The position numbers and the translations under genes are program-made. DNA of 61,983 nucleotides, the filler included, from Sanchytrium tribonematis (taxonomy: Eukaryota), in the NCBI GenBank assembly GCA_018985235.1. It is 7 parts of 7 records of this genome, joined end to end, with 100 filler letters (N's around TTAATTAATTAA, not from the genome) between each part and the next. Parts side by side here need not be neighbours in the genome. Positions count along the whole stretch, not along the records: positions 1 to 22,232 come from JADGIG010000084.1; 6 more parts are not named here. One strand, 5' to 3'. This document shows, piece by piece, positions 1-11,862 of this stretch. Positions within the stretch are counted from its first letter, which is position 1. The number at the start of each line of letters is the position of its first letter. Under the pieces are notes generated by a model. That model searched no databases and was not told the origin of the DNA. It saw only the letters and a list, made by a program, of their open reading frames with translations.

Positions 1-1
1 G

Positions 2-433
2 AAATGGCTCAACATGTTTGATGGAATTCTGCTTGATGCACCCTGTAGTGGAACTGGTGTCATTAGTAAGGATCCCCATGTTAAAAATACTAAAAACGAA
101 AATGAGATCCATCTGCTCTCTGATCTGCAAAAGCAGCTAATTCTGAGTGCTATTGATGCTTGTAAAGTGGGTGGCATTATTGTATACAGTACTTGCTCTA
201 TTCTAATTGATGAGAATGAATGTGTGGTAAACTACGCTTTGAGGAAGCGGGATGTTAAAATTGTTCCCTGTGAGGTAAATGTTGGAAAATCTGGATTTAC
301 CAACTTCAAGCAGTTAAAGTTTAGCAAAGCGTTAGAATACACTAAAAGGATCTACCCTCACACTCATAACATGGATGGATTCTATTTTGCAAAATTAGTA
401 AAACTATCACACAAGAAGCAGGACGAAAAATAA
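2..433 (+). CDS. NOP2: Nop2/NSUN1 25S rRNA m5C methyltransferase, C-terminal part (5' truncated by window edge)
   Basis: Motifs FDGILLDAPCSGTG, IVYSTCS, RIYPHTHNMDGFY; frame open from position 2. Confidence 0.9.
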   Translation, partial: KWLNMFDGILLDAPCSGTGVISKDPHVKNTKNENEIHLLSDLQKQLILSAIDACKVGGIIVYSTCSILIDENECVVNYALRKRDVKIVPCEVNVGKSGFTNFKQLKFSKALEYTKRIYPHTHNMDGFYFAKLVKLSHKKQDEK

Positions 434-492
434 ATTAAAAATGACGTATTTTAGACTAACTGATCTATAAATCGTTTAAATGGCCACATCCC

Positions 493-1308
493 GTGAAATA
501 TATGGGCTCTTCAAAGCATATAATGTTCGAATTAAATTATTCGTCATACATAGTTTTGATATCTTCTATTTTGCTTGTTAAAGGGGTATTACTCATTATG
601 ATAAGTCTCAATATGCTAGGGTGTCTCAGTTTGCTGGCAGGATTCACATTTATTTGTTGCCTTTTAACCAAGTCAAAAACGTCATTCCTTATTTTGTGGT
701 TTGTGACAGAGTTTTCGCTATATTTGAGCATAAATGGAGCTTTTATACATTTAGCATTTCAAAGGACATTTTTAAAATTAAATAACTCTTCTAACTCAAT
801 ACTGAAATCATCCAATGATATTGATACAATATGGACAATATTTAGTGTGATTGGAGTATTGTTTGATATCACACAGTTTACTTCAAACATTCTTGCACTA
901 CCAAAATGCTATGATCAATTCGAGAAATGTCAGCTGTGTTTGTCTAAAGAGAAGCTTTCAGAAGTTGAAAAAGGAAGTAAAAATACAAATATGAACACAA
1001 ATGTGACTCAATTAAACTCAATCTCTATGCGAGGACCTTTAAATACAGCACATGTAAAAAGATACCAGACACCGGAGAAATTGGTGCAAAATTCATTGCT
1101 GGAGTCTGACTTTAAAGAGAGAAAAGCGAAAAGGGAATTATATCTCAGGCACAAATTAGAAAAGGAAAATAATATACTACAACTTGGTTCGCGGAATTTA
1201 AATAGAAACCCGAACACCGCAAATGCGGGGGCACAATATCAGAGTCCTAAGAAGTACAGGTCAAAATCTACATCCTCAAAATCAGAAATTCATTACCGCC
1301 AACAATAA
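493..1308 (+). CDS. Hypothetical membrane protein (about 4 TM segments plus polar C-terminal tail)
   Basis: 271-aa ORF with several hydrophobic segments; true ATG probably slightly downstream of the ORF-track start. Confidence 0.55.
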   Translation: MKYMGSSKHIMFELNYSSYIVLISSILLVKGVLLIMISLNMLGCLSLLAGFTFICCLLTKSKTSFLILWFVTEFSLYLSINGAFIHLAFQRTFLKLNNSSNSILKSSNDIDTIWTIFSVIGVLFDITQFTSNILALPKCYDQFEKCQLCLSKEKLSEVEKGSKNTNMNTNVTQLNSISMRGPLNTAHVKRYQTPEKLVQNSLLESDFKERKAKRELYLRHKLEKENNILQLGSRNLNRNPNTANAGAQYQSPKKYRSKSTSSKSEIHYRQQ

Positions 1309-1449
1309 ATTTCGCATCAAGACTAGCTAAAAACGCACATTTTTTCGGTTTTTTGTAGGCTATATTCTCTAAATCAATTTTATAGACCATCTAAATCCGC
1401 AAGATTTAGCTCTAATTTGAATAAAACCAAGATTATATCACTTTAATTA

Positions 1450-1989
1450 ATGATGTCTTCCAAAAAAGGTGGAGCTTCTAAAGGTCAAAGATTGGCAGCT
1501 GGATTAAAATCAGGTTTGGGCGTTCTCTTAGTATTGACCGTATTGTACGGAATATACCAACTTTGTGTAGGCATGTATGTCACTGGATCATTTTGGTTGA
1601 TTGCAGGTCTACTTGGAATGATCTCCCTTGTGGGATCATCTTCCAAAGTTGTTTTAGCTGGATTAGCCTTGTACTCGATTTTTATGATTGCCGCATTTAT
1701 TACTCATATTGTAAGATTAGCAACTTTCAATGATTATTTTAACAATAATTACCCGGAAAGAGCTAATGACAATGCTGGAGTCAAAAGTATGGGTGAATCC
1801 CAAACTAGAGATACCTGGTATGGATCTGAAATTGCTGGATTGATTGCATCGTTTCTAGGATTGGCAACAGTTATTCCATTGTTGTGGCGATTAAAGAGAC
1901 ATCATGATACTCGGCACACTGGTAGAACTCGCGGTAATATGGAAGGTGGTTATACTAACGCTGGTCAATATGCACCAAACACAAGATAA
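1450..1989 (+). CDS. Hypothetical 4-TM membrane protein
   Basis: 179-aa ORF with four hydrophobic helices; AATAAA directly after the stop. Confidence 0.65.
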   Translation: MMSSKKGGASKGQRLAAGLKSGLGVLLVLTVLYGIYQLCVGMYVTGSFWLIAGLLGMISLVGSSSKVVLAGLALYSIFMIAAFITHIVRLATFNDYFNNNYPERANDNAGVKSMGESQTRDTWYGSEIAGLIASFLGLATVIPLLWRLKRHHDTRHTGRTRGNMEGGYTNAGQYAPNTR

Positions 1990-1998
1990 TAAATAAAT

Positions 1999-3118
1999 TT
2001 ATTTGGCCTCAAAATCACAGATTTGAAGTGAACAATCCATATTTGAGAGTACTATTTTTGTGTTATCAAATGTCAAGTAGTGCGTGCAATTTTTCATATC
2101 TTTGGAAAACAGCAAGTCTTGTTTAATTGTAGCTGCAATTACTCGTCCATTACAAGTCCCATAAACGACCTTGATGAGATACAATTACCTTTTTATCAGA
2201 TGCTTTAATTGTAAGAACCGTGGCATTTTCATTCCATCTAGATAATTTTTTGCCCAACAAATCAATTTGGGTCAAACCTGAGTAGTGACCTACAAAAATA
2301 TCATTACGAATCATTGAAATACAATATAAAGTAGATGGGATACTTACTGAAGTGATTAATTGCCAATTGAGTGCGTTGTAGATCCTCAACTTACAATCTA
2401 AACCTCCAACTGCAACATAGGAACTGGATACATCAATACAACTTATTGGGAGTCTTGAAGTTTGAATTATATGTACTAAATCATTGTTTGTCTCTATCAG
2501 TATTAATTCTCCGACCTCATTTCCAGCAGCTATTATATTTCCCTTCAATTTTATACACGATATCTCATTTCTAGACGCAGCAAATTCTTTAACAGTGAAA
2601 TCAGAACATTTCCAGAGTTTAATGACTCCAATCTTATCAGCAGTTGCAATATAATTATTTTCAATAGAGGAAGTTGTGATTTTCTCGTCATGTCTCAATG
2701 AAGCAATATTTCTGTTATTTTTAAGATTCCAAACATTTGCTTGACCATTCTCAGATAGGCTCACAACTAATTTCGATTTTTCATCGATGCACAAATGAAG
2801 CGATCTATTTATGTTAAATTGAGAGGTATTTTGAACGACCCCATTATTTTCGTAGTAAAATTTTGAAGATTTAAAGTTTCCTTTTTTCCAATTTCTTTCA
2901 GTTAGATGATATAATTTGTATAATAATCTCCAAGTAGATATGCTTTTTAAATTCATGTCAAGCTCATATTCCCTCCGAAATCTTTGTTTCCAAAGATATT
3001 CGTTGTTAAGCAAAAGACTCAATGATTTTTTACTACGTGATAAGGTCGACTGTTCGTGAACACTACACAATAAACTAATTGCAACAATTATTTCATCTGG
3101 TATGGTGTCCAAACTCAT
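1999..3118 (-). CDS. F-box/WD40 repeat protein (2 exons)
   Basis: N-terminal F-box (LDTIPDEII...LWK), WD repeats; 19-nt intron 2170-2188 GTAATTGTATCTCATCAAG joins ...ASDKK|VVYGTCNG... Confidence 0.8.
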
Positions 3119-3229
3119 GTTCTGCAAAATATTTTCGTGAAAAATAACTAAGCCACACTATTCATTATTTCGAGAATTCGATGCACTATCAAAATTATTC
3201 GCAAAATATTGAGACATCAAGACCAAAAT

Positions 3230-3724
3230 TCAAGGCGCCTTGAAATGTATTGATTTTAATTCACGAACATCAATTTTGTCATTTGCGCATCCAAAAATTT
3301 CATTGGGGTTTTCCATTCTAATCTTTCTGGGCAAGACTCCTTTATTGATTTTTGACGCTTCTGAATCTTGAACACGACTAATTTTGCGATGTTTTTCCAA
3401 TTTACGCAGATGTGAGGGAATTGGCTTCTTGTAAGTTTTAAGGAATTCCATCTTATTATCTGGATCTAATTGCTTACAGCCAAATTGAAGGTGATAGCAG
3501 ATGCTTGAACTGCTATGCATTATCTCAGATCCACAGTAATTACAGCTCCAACGAATTCTACTAGTACTAGTGGTTTTTCTGACACCGTGTTTGTCTGCAA
3601 AATATAGCCATTTGGCCCTAGCTTTCGGGATACTATTACTTTTATTCAACATTGTTGTCGTGTTTGGCTTCATGCGTAGGGAATATAAAACACAAGGATG
3701 AGCAGCTATATTTAATTTATTCAT
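3230..3724 (-). CDS. Small BED-type zinc-finger protein
   Basis: W-x-YF...WSCNYCG...ICYHLQFGC resembles a BED finger; first ATG overlaps the UBA1 stop, alternative ATG at 3673. Confidence 0.5.
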   Translation of the reverse strand: MNKLNIAAHPCVLYSLRMKPNTTTMLNKSNSIPKARAKWLYFADKHGVRKTTSTSRIRWSCNYCGSEIMHSSSSICYHLQFGCKQLDPDNKMEFLKTYKKPIPSHLRKLEKHRKISRVQDSEASKINKGVLPRKIRMENPNEIFGCANDKIDVRELKSIHFKAP

Positions 3725-6612
3725 TCATAGGCTCTCCGCGAAATCGTAAAACCACACTTGGCAAATCTTCAACGTCTTCTCCGTCAGCACCATTGGCACA
3801 GATTTCAAGAACTAATTGCTGTATATGATCTTCAATTTTTTTTTTATGAATTTCTTCGACTATGTCACTTATTTTCATATAATTTCTCTTTTCAACTTTA
3901 TCTTTGCCCCAAAAAAAAGCAAACATCATACTGACACCATGGCTCAGCATAGTGATCTCCAAATTGTGTTTCAATTGCATGTGGTTTAGCAATTCGCTCA
4001 AAGTTAAATCGCCATACACAATAAATTTGTCCCATAAAGTAAATTCTTTGTCGTTGTACTTTAATTTGGGAGGTGGAATTGGTTCTGCAAATCCAAAAAA
4101 TGGCAGTGCTAAATTCACAAAGCCATTCTTAAAGTCATCCAGTTTGTAATTTGGCTTCTGTAACTAAATTATTAGAAAATACTTTATAAAGTTCAAGACA
4201 TACGAAAGCGCTAACACAAGCAGTTGTTGTAGCAATGGCTGGTATAATTTTGCCTGCAATCCTTTTCGTTTCATGCTTGTTTAATGATTCAATGTCATAA
4301 TTTTCAGCACGAAGATTACTTGTTGCGGTTATGAAATCTATATGATAATTAGAATCATCGTCTTTTTCAAATTCTATCGGAAAAACTTCAAATGAAAGTG
4401 CATTGGCATTCGGAAGAACTTCATCTTCGTCTACAGTTTCTTCCATTTTTTCATTTTCGTTAGTCTGAATTTTGACTCCTGTTTTAGGAATAAATTCAGG
4501 AATAATCATGTTTTCCAAAGTTGAAATTAAGTCAAGATTCATAGGTTTGATTCCAAAGTTGACAGCTCTAAGATTCGCTGCGGAAGTTATAAATGCTAAG
4601 TGTTGACTATTTTTGATATCAAATAATATAGGGTGTGGTGCTCTCTTAGGGCCAGACCAAAATAAATGGCCTTCCTTTGTCTTCACATCTTTAGGGAAAA
4701 CATGTAACAATTGCTTAATGGTATTGCCAAAGTAATCTTCAAATTTGAGCCTCGCCCATTGGACACATTCTTCAAATGTTGAACATTGCTTTACAATGTC
4801 TTTAAAATATTTAAGACCTTCTTTCGGTTTCACACCTTTCTTGAAAGCTAGAACTTCTTCTGGGCCTCTTTTAAAAAGACCTTCGAACTCACTTCTTGCA
4901 AACTGAATTGTATGCTCTATTTTGTTAGGAAAATTGTGCAAAGTGCACATAGGTATGCTTTTCTCAGGGGGATCATTACTACTGCTAAACGATTCGGTCA
5001 AAAAAGGCACCACCACTTGGATATTGCCTTTTGTACCAAGTGTTCCAGATTCTAATAAAGGTTTCTGGTAATAAACGCACCTCTGATCCATGTACCTTCT
5101 AGCCTCCCAATTATCTAAAGCATTTAATACGACGTCTACTTGATCGAAAAAAGAATCTCCAAATATCTTTTCGGTTTCAGGGCCAACCCTATCACTCTTC
5201 GCATCAATTTTTAAATCGGGATTCATTTTTGAAGCCGCATTTGCAGCTGTGACAGATTTAAGCTTTGATACATCCCATGCGCGAAATAAAAACTGTCTAT
5301 TCAAATTGCTTTTCTCAATGGTGTCCATATCTGTCAAGGTCAACTTGTTTTTCGTTCCCACTCCCATCATTGCAAGATTTTTCAAAAGTTCACATCCAAT
5401 AGCCCCACTACCGACAACGAATGGATGTAACTTGAACAATTTTTCCATTGTGTCTCCAAACAAATGGTACTGGCGAGCATATCTTTTAGAAACTACTGAA
5501 TCAAATGAATCGCCTTTACATTCCAGTGCATCCAAATAGAAATATTGATCGAGGGGTGTGAATTTACCACTTATTTTCTTTAAAACTTCTTGAGCAACAA
5601 AGCCACCGATAATTCCATATAAAGGAGGGCACTCACCGTTAACCGAGTGTATAAATTCATTTACAATATTTTGTTGAAGTTCTACATTTAAATGCGATCT
5701 GGTTTTTTCAACTATTGATCGAAACAAAGCCTCATCAAAAATCTGATGATAATAGAAATATTCAACATAACTGACAAAACAACAATGTAAAGTATCCTGT
5801 CTATCCATCTTGGCAAAATCGCTAGGTAAAATATTAGGGGATTTCATACTGTCTTGAAATGATTTGTGGCATATTGAAAATGGAACTTTAACTTCAGTAA
5901 ATATACCGCCTTTTTCATATTCCCCTTTGATATCTTCACTACATTCAATGCTGAATGAAAACGGACCATTAATATTCTTTACAGGGTATTCATTTTTTAA
6001 ATTGAGACCTACGATTTCAGAAAATTTAACAACATTGCCGACTTCTAAACCATGACGATGTTCATCCAAACAAACAATTTCTAATAACTTCCCAGATACA
6101 ATCATGTTTGAAATTACACCATTTTTTAGTTCTTCCCCGTCTTTATCCAAAATAAAATGTTCTCCAAAATCACAAAACACCTGGGCAAATAAACCCACTA
6201 CCAAGGCTAATATAACTTTAGATTTGGCCCAGTTTAAGACATTGTAGATAGGAGAAGTAAGGACAACTAAGTCGAATTCATTAACGATACTTTCAGTCAA
6301 ATCAGTGATATGAATCGGAACATAAGGATTCAGCTCTGCTAAATGTTTAACCATAATTTCGACTTTGTTTTTTCCAATGTCCTCATCAGTAAAATAAAAG
6401 TGGCAACCTAAATCCTCTTCAGTAATCGACTCTTCGCTTTTTGTCAGAGTCAAAGAATGTACTCCTCCTAAACATACATTTTTTGCAATTTCGAGTGCCA
6501 GTGGTCCAGATCCTATTAGCAGTACTTTGGCATTTAGCATTCTCTTCATTGCTTCATGTCCAAGGACATACAGTTGCCTAGAATAAAGAGACTCGTCTAT
6601 TTCAGTAGACAT
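3717..6612 (-). CDS. UBA1: Ubiquitin-activating enzyme E1 (2 exons)
   Basis: IDESLYSRQLYVLG, VGSGAIGCE, SNLNRQFLFR, catalytic PMCTLHNFP, IIPAIATTT; 19-nt intron 4164-4182 GTATTTTCTAATAATTTAG restores CLELYK|LQKPNYKLDDFKNGFVNLALP. Confidence 0.97.
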
Positions 6613-6644
6613 TTGTATCAAAAACTCCTTTGAATAATTTATTA

Positions 6645-9074
6645 TTAGTTGAACAATTTTTTGAGCATTTTTTTAAATTTGGAAGTCTTAGGCTTTTTCT
6701 CAGAATCAGTATATACTGCACCAGAACCGGGAATGTACGGCATAAAACTGTTTCTATTGCTCAATTTGCTCAATGGAATATCATCATCTTTGTAATCCCA
6801 GTTTGGAAAAAGAGGCGGCTCAGCTTCTTTTGATATGATCGTTGTGTCATTTTGCGAGTAGTCAGATTGATCAACAAGATCAAAACTTGCACTTTCTTCT
6901 CCCATATCCTCTTCTAGCTGAGATGGATCAGCATTGTGAAATGCATCCGTAACAACTTGATGAATATCTATAACGCTTCCACAGGGAACATGCTTCAGTT
7001 GAGCACTCTGATCTGTGACTAAAAGCTCTTCGATTGCTTTGACTGCTCTATCAGACATGTCAGAATTAGTACTTCTGGCCATAGAATTATTAGGTTCTGA
7101 ATGAGGATGGTCTGTTGCTGTGTCTTCTGATTTAGCAATTGATCCATTGCTTGGATTTAATAAAAGTGTGGATGCAAAATCGTAATCATTTGAGTTGGCA
7201 AACACTTCACTATTACTAAACTCAAGCAAAAGGGGTGATGGATCAAGCTTTAATTGTTTTGGAGAAGTCTGGCTCTCTAAATTTGAGGTATCCTTGACAA
7301 CATCGCAATTTTCCTCGGAAAGTTGCTTCAAAGAGGGGTTAGAATCATTTTTAAGCACGAGAGAAGTATTTTGCTGACCGTCCTGACTCATTTTAACAAT
7401 TTGATTCACATCAGAGGATTGGGATTCATCTACGTTAATGTTATTTGTATCGTTTTCCACGACGCCGAGATTCTTGAAAGTTTGTGAGCTTAGTTTATCA
7501 GTTGAGCTCACTAACTTGAGATTGTCAGCTTTAGTATTCAAGGTGTTCGAAACATTCTTAAATTCAGTCTTATCTTCGACGTTTTCTAAATTCAAGCTCT
7601 CCCTTGAGGTATCTTCATTTCGAGACTTACTTTGTTCGTCTTCTCTATTAGGTGTACGATTCTCAAACTCTTTTGCCATATCCAGATTATGCGCATCTAC
7701 CGCTTCGTGCTCATTCTTTTGAACCAAATTTTGATGCGATAAGTCTTCAAAGTTATTAGGAACTTGCATATCCTCTGAGCCTGTGATTTCACTAGTTGCG
7801 GTATCCTCATTTTCTGATGTATTGAAATCAGAGGTGCTCTGGTGCAAATTATCAGATTCATCGATGTTAGTTTCAAATGGCATTAAACTTGGACTTTTTT
7901 TTATAAGATCGTCTGAATCTTGCTTGTGTGGAGTGAAACCATCGATGTCCACTTGGTTCAAATTCTGGTACAGCTCTGCTTTCTGTTGCTGTGCACTCTT
8001 TACTTTAATAGGAGACACACTTTCCGAAGAGTCGTCAGGAAAACTCTCTATAACTGGAGAGAAATCAATTAGAATGTCTTTTTTAGAATTACTTTGTGAC
8101 TTGCTATTATTTTGAATTTTATCGGGAGATTTAGTTTCTGAGGCATAATAAGACATTATAGCAGAACTTCTATGTTTTTCTTTTTTAGCTCTCTTTTTCT
8201 TTTTCTTCTTTTTTTGAATTTCCTTTTCACTACTAATCAAATCCTGATTAAAATTTTCTGGTTCAAATGACATAGTATGTCTTAGCGGACCTCGATTTGA
8301 ATAATTTAAAGCCGAAAAGTCCACACTTACAGCGGAGCTAGGTGAATTAGGTTCATCGTCACTAGCACCAATGAAAGACCTTCTTGGATCCTCAATTGTG
8401 ACGTTCGCTCTATTAAACACTACAGAAGATCTATTCGGAAGAATGGGTGAAGTAATATTAGCTGATAAATTCGGAGAAGATTTTTTCTGAGGGATACTCA
8501 CGACAGCTCCTCGAACTTTCGTGACTCCTAACAAGCCCTTGTCTCTTCGAAAATCGTCTCGAATTTTCTCAATATTACCGAGGCGCATGTCGTTATAGAT
8601 CCGATTATGATCTAATTCTTTACCTTTAACCATATTAATTAGACCTCCACCACTTCGTCTAACATTGGGCGAATTTGGATTAAAGTTGTGAACATTCTGT
8701 CCCTGATTCCCTGAATTTGGGAAGGCCATATTATGGCTATAATAATTATGGTGAAAGTTAGGTGTGACATTAGAGCCAATATTCGATCCAGTTGAGGAAA
8801 ATGCTTGAGGATACATTTGAAAAGATTGCCGTGAAAGTTGAGGTGAAAACTGAGCTTGTTGTTTTTGGGCTACTTGTTTCTGTTTTTCATGTCTCAAACT
8901 GATCTCATACTTCTTCAGTTGCCCTTCAAAAAATTTTTGCGCATCTTCATTTCTTTTATCAACATGGATTTTGTTGTCTTTAATTTCAACCTGTATACCC
9001 TGCTTTTGCAGCTTTCTTATTTTTTTCTTTATTGTACCACTTCTGTTAACGCTAGCCGGGAATGTAAACTCCAT
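6645..9074 (-). CDS. Hypothetical low-complexity (S/N/E/K-rich) protein
   Basis: About 810-aa uninterrupted ORF, mostly disordered, with a poly-K NLS-like stretch. Confidence 0.7.
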   Translation of the reverse strand: MEFTFPASVNRSGTIKKKIRKLQKQGIQVEIKDNKIHVDKRNEDAQKFFEGQLKKYEISLRHEKQKQVAQKQQAQFSPQLSRQSFQMYPQAFSSTGSNIGSNVTPNFHHNYYSHNMAFPNSGNQGQNVHNFNPNSPNVRRSGGGLINMVKGKELDHNRIYNDMRLGNIEKIRDDFRRDKGLLGVTKVRGAVVSIPQKKSSPNLSANITSPILPNRSSVVFNRANVTIEDPRRSFIGASDDEPNSPSSAVSVDFSALNYSNRGPLRHTMSFEPENFNQDLISSEKEIQKKKKKKKRAKKEKHRSSAIMSYYASETKSPDKIQNNSKSQSNSKKDILIDFSPVIESFPDDSSESVSPIKVKSAQQQKAELYQNLNQVDIDGFTPHKQDSDDLIKKSPSLMPFETNIDESDNLHQSTSDFNTSENEDTATSEITGSEDMQVPNNFEDLSHQNLVQKNEHEAVDAHNLDMAKEFENRTPNREDEQSKSRNEDTSRESLNLENVEDKTEFKNVSNTLNTKADNLKLVSSTDKLSSQTFKNLGVVENDTNNINVDESQSSDVNQIVKMSQDGQQNTSLVLKNDSNPSLKQLSEENCDVVKDTSNLESQTSPKQLKLDPSPLLLEFSNSEVFANSNDYDFASTLLLNPSNGSIAKSEDTATDHPHSEPNNSMARSTNSDMSDRAVKAIEELLVTDQSAQLKHVPCGSVIDIHQVVTDAFHNADPSQLEEDMGEESASFDLVDQSDYSQNDTTIISKEAEPPLFPNWDYKDDDIPLSKLSNRNSFMPYIPGSGAVYTDSEKKPKTSKFKKMLKKLFN

Positions 9075-9256
9075 TTCAAATAACGAAAAGGGAGATAATG
9101 TTTTATGGCAGAATTTACAAATTAAATTCAAAATGATTGGTAGAAAAGCAATGTTCCAAATTTATATGGTGAAGGAAAAGTAAAATGCAACCATTAAAGG
9201 AACATTGATGAGTTGAAGGAACTGTTTCAATATTAAAAATAGAAATCGAAATAAAT

Positions 9257-10096
9257 TTATTTTTTCTTTCCTCCTTTACCCATCATTGCTTGAAGTTTAG
9301 CCATTGATTCTGGATCTTGCATGGCCTGCATAGCCTGTTGCATCATATCAGGATTCATTCCTCCTCCTTGACCGCCCATCATGCTTTGGGCCATTTGTGC
9401 TAGTTGTGGATTATTCTGCATCATTTGCTGTGCCATTTGCATCATCTGAGGATTGTTCAAAAGACCACCTAAACCGCCCATATCTGGCATTGAAGGACCT
9501 GAAGATCCAGTTGGCTGATCTCTCGAAATTTCTTCCACCAAACCAAGCTTTTCTTTACATTTTTCAAGTCCATTTAATAATGTAGCATTACTAGGATCTA
9601 ACTCAACACCTTTCTCATAAGCCTCCAAAGCTTTGTCGAATTGATTCATCGAAAAATAACATACTCCCAGTCTGCTATAGGCTCTGACAAAATTTGGGTC
9701 TATCTCAACGGCCTTTAAAGCGTCTTCAAGACCTTCCTGAAATGATTGTTGACTAATATACGCAGCGCTTCGATTACTAAAAAAGACGGGATTTGTATCG
9801 TCTAAAGCAATTGCTTCACTGTAATTTTTGATAGCCTCAACATAGTCTTTAGACTGCATTAATTCGTTTCCTTTATTCTTAAGCTCTTCTGCATTGTTCT
9901 TGTCAGTGGCTGTAATGCTTTTTGACTCCAAATCTTTCTTTTTTGGACTGCTGTTACTGTTTTTTAATTCTAATGAGTCTAATTCAAAAACGTGCTCCAA
10001 ACAATCAATGGCAATATTTAGTGAGTTTTTTTTGCTTTCGTCTACTGACAATGATCGCAAGTGTTGCAAAATTGATTGTCCATTTATTTCTCCCAT
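9257..10096 (-). CDS. SGT2: Small glutamine-rich TPR co-chaperone Sgt2/SGTA
   Basis: N-terminal dimerisation motif (SLNIAIDCLEHVF), three TPRs, M/Q/G-rich STI1-like C-terminus. Confidence 0.9.
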   Translation of the reverse strand: MGEINGQSILQHLRSLSVDESKKNSLNIAIDCLEHVFELDSLELKNSNSSPKKKDLESKSITATDKNNAEELKNKGNELMQSKDYVEAIKNYSEAIALDDTNPVFFSNRSAAYISQQSFQEGLEDALKAVEIDPNFVRAYSRLGVCYFSMNQFDKALEAYEKGVELDPSNATLLNGLEKCKEKLGLVEEISRDQPTGSSGPSMPDMGGLGGLLNNPQMMQMAQQMMQNNPQLAQMAQSMMGGQGGGMNPDMMQQAMQAMQDPESMAKLQAMMGKGGKKK

Positions 10097-10111
10097 GTCT
10101 CAAAAATTTAT

Positions 10112-10561
10112 TCAATTAGAAGTTCTTGTATCTAGAGGACTAGTTTCAAATTTGGAAGCAGCCCTTCTTTTAGCTTTTGCTTTGATTTTGAGCTTTTCTA
10201 ATTCTTCATTAGATGTTATAGTTTTAACCTTTTTGTTGGAGAGATCCAGAGGAAAAGGAGCCTTTTTCCAATTTAAAGTTCTGAGTCCAGGGATTAGATT
10301 GCGAGGATCGACACCGATTGATTCTGTATACTCTATAAATTTTCTCTGTCGCTTAAGATTAAAAAATGGTTTTCTCCAACTTCCTTCCATCTTTTTTGCC
10401 ATTGTAAAATTTGGGACCTGTGACCATTTCTCGCTTGTGAACCTTTGGAAATAATTGAAAATTTTAGCGTTGTGAATAGGAAGTTTGTTAACACATTCTA
10501 AAGCTTTTTTTGACTGAATTTCATCCAATCGCAGTCGTTTTAGGCTCGCAATTGGTTTCAT
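10112..10561 (-). CDS. Probable mitochondrial ribosomal protein mL59 (Mrpl25-like)
   Basis: PNF...GSWRKPFFNLKRQRK resembles the mL59 core; basic protein. Confidence 0.5.
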   Translation of the reverse strand: MKPIASLKRLRLDEIQSKKALECVNKLPIHNAKIFNYFQRFTSEKWSQVPNFTMAKKMEGSWRKPFFNLKRQRKFIEYTESIGVDPRNLIPGLRTLNWKKAPFPLDLSNKKVKTITSNEELEKLKIKAKAKRRAASKFETSPLDTRTSN

Positions 10562-10744
10562 AGAATGTGACGAGGAGATTTGTTTATGTTGAAACTCAAA
10601 CTATTTCTATGCTGATTTGAATGAGTCAATGATCGATAATTATCTAAAACTATTGAACTATTTTGATGATTCGACGACTGTGATTGGTTCCAAATGATAT
10701 CAATGGGTTATCAATCATTTTACTCCTTCAAGTCGTGATAGTCA

Positions 10745-11483
10745 ATGAATTGGTTATACGTTGCAACTTCAGTGATCAGCTTTTATGCGAACTACATCGG
10801 ACTTTCTGTTGTACTGGTTTACTATTACTATATTAAAAACTGGGATCGAAGAGAATGGTGGAAAATTCAACCCGAAAAATTACCAATTGATGTTAGAAAT
10901 CGACCAAAGTCTCACCTCATTTATTGGTTTATCAATACACTATTTGGGGCTTCTAATGCTGTAATATCCTATCATATTACAATGAAAAATCAGTATATTC
11001 AACGAGACATTTATCAACAAATTTCGAATGTGATCCTTTTGCATGCAGCACATACAATTTTTAGTTACTTTTGGCATAGAGCTCTACATATCCCAATCCT
11101 TTACAAAAATTTCCACAAAATTCATCATCATTACAAGTCTCCTATGCCATTTGATGATCTCTTCTTTCATCCAGTCGAGTATGCAGTTTACGGTTGGTTC
11201 TTACTGATTCCTCTATTTTTATTCAATTTGACTCCGCTGGAGATTATTCTATATTTGACTCCATTAGGGCTACTTGGAATGTACATTTTATTAATATAGG
11301 TTAGATCATTGTGGAATCAAACTAAATATGGGACTCTACAATACAGAACATCATGATGTACATCACGCTGAGTTCAATTATAACTTTGGATTCCCGTTTC
11401 CGTTCATGGACATTGCATTTGGAACATTTAAAGGATCATTTGCAAATACTACTTATAAAGGAACCCGCAAATTAAAAAAATAA
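10745..11483 (+). CDS. Fatty-acid hydroxylase/sterol desaturase family protein (2 exons)
   Basis: His boxes HRALH, HKIHH, then DHCG and HHDVHH, NYNFG after removing the 19-nt intron 11281-11299 GTACATTTTATTAATATAG. Confidence 0.9.
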
Positions 11484-11491
11484 ATTTAATG

Positions 11492-11788
11492 TCATGATTT
11501 TATTTCCGAAACTAAATTTTGATCTTTAGAAATAGCTGTTAATAATTCGTGTATAAATTTTGAAGAATCAGGTTCTGCCGTACTCTGGATTTCGTTTAAA
11601 AGATCTTTTTGCTCGAAAATACCACAACCTAGATCAAATTTAAACTCTAAATCATTTTCGGAATTATCTGAATATTGGTCATCTTCTGATTGTTCCACCA
11701 TAATTTCATTCAGTGGGCTCAGAGGCGCTGTCTCTAAATCTTTCAAAAATTGAATTGTACGTAATTTGAGATCTTCCACTTGTGTCAT
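11492..11788 (-). CDS. Small acidic protein, NOPCHAP1/DUF4598-like
   Basis: ...QFLKDLE...LEFKFDLGCGIFE resembles the IEMxLGxGVxE motif of that family. Confidence 0.4.
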   Translation of the reverse strand: MTQVEDLKLRTIQFLKDLETAPLSPLNEIMVEQSEDDQYSDNSENDLEFKFDLGCGIFEQKDLLNEIQSTAEPDSSKFIHELLTAISKDQNLVSEIKS

Positions 11789-11862
11789 CCCAACAAAGTT
11801 CAATTTAGATGTCCAATCAAAAATGTCTGTCCAAATCAAAATGAATTTTTGCCCATGAACAC

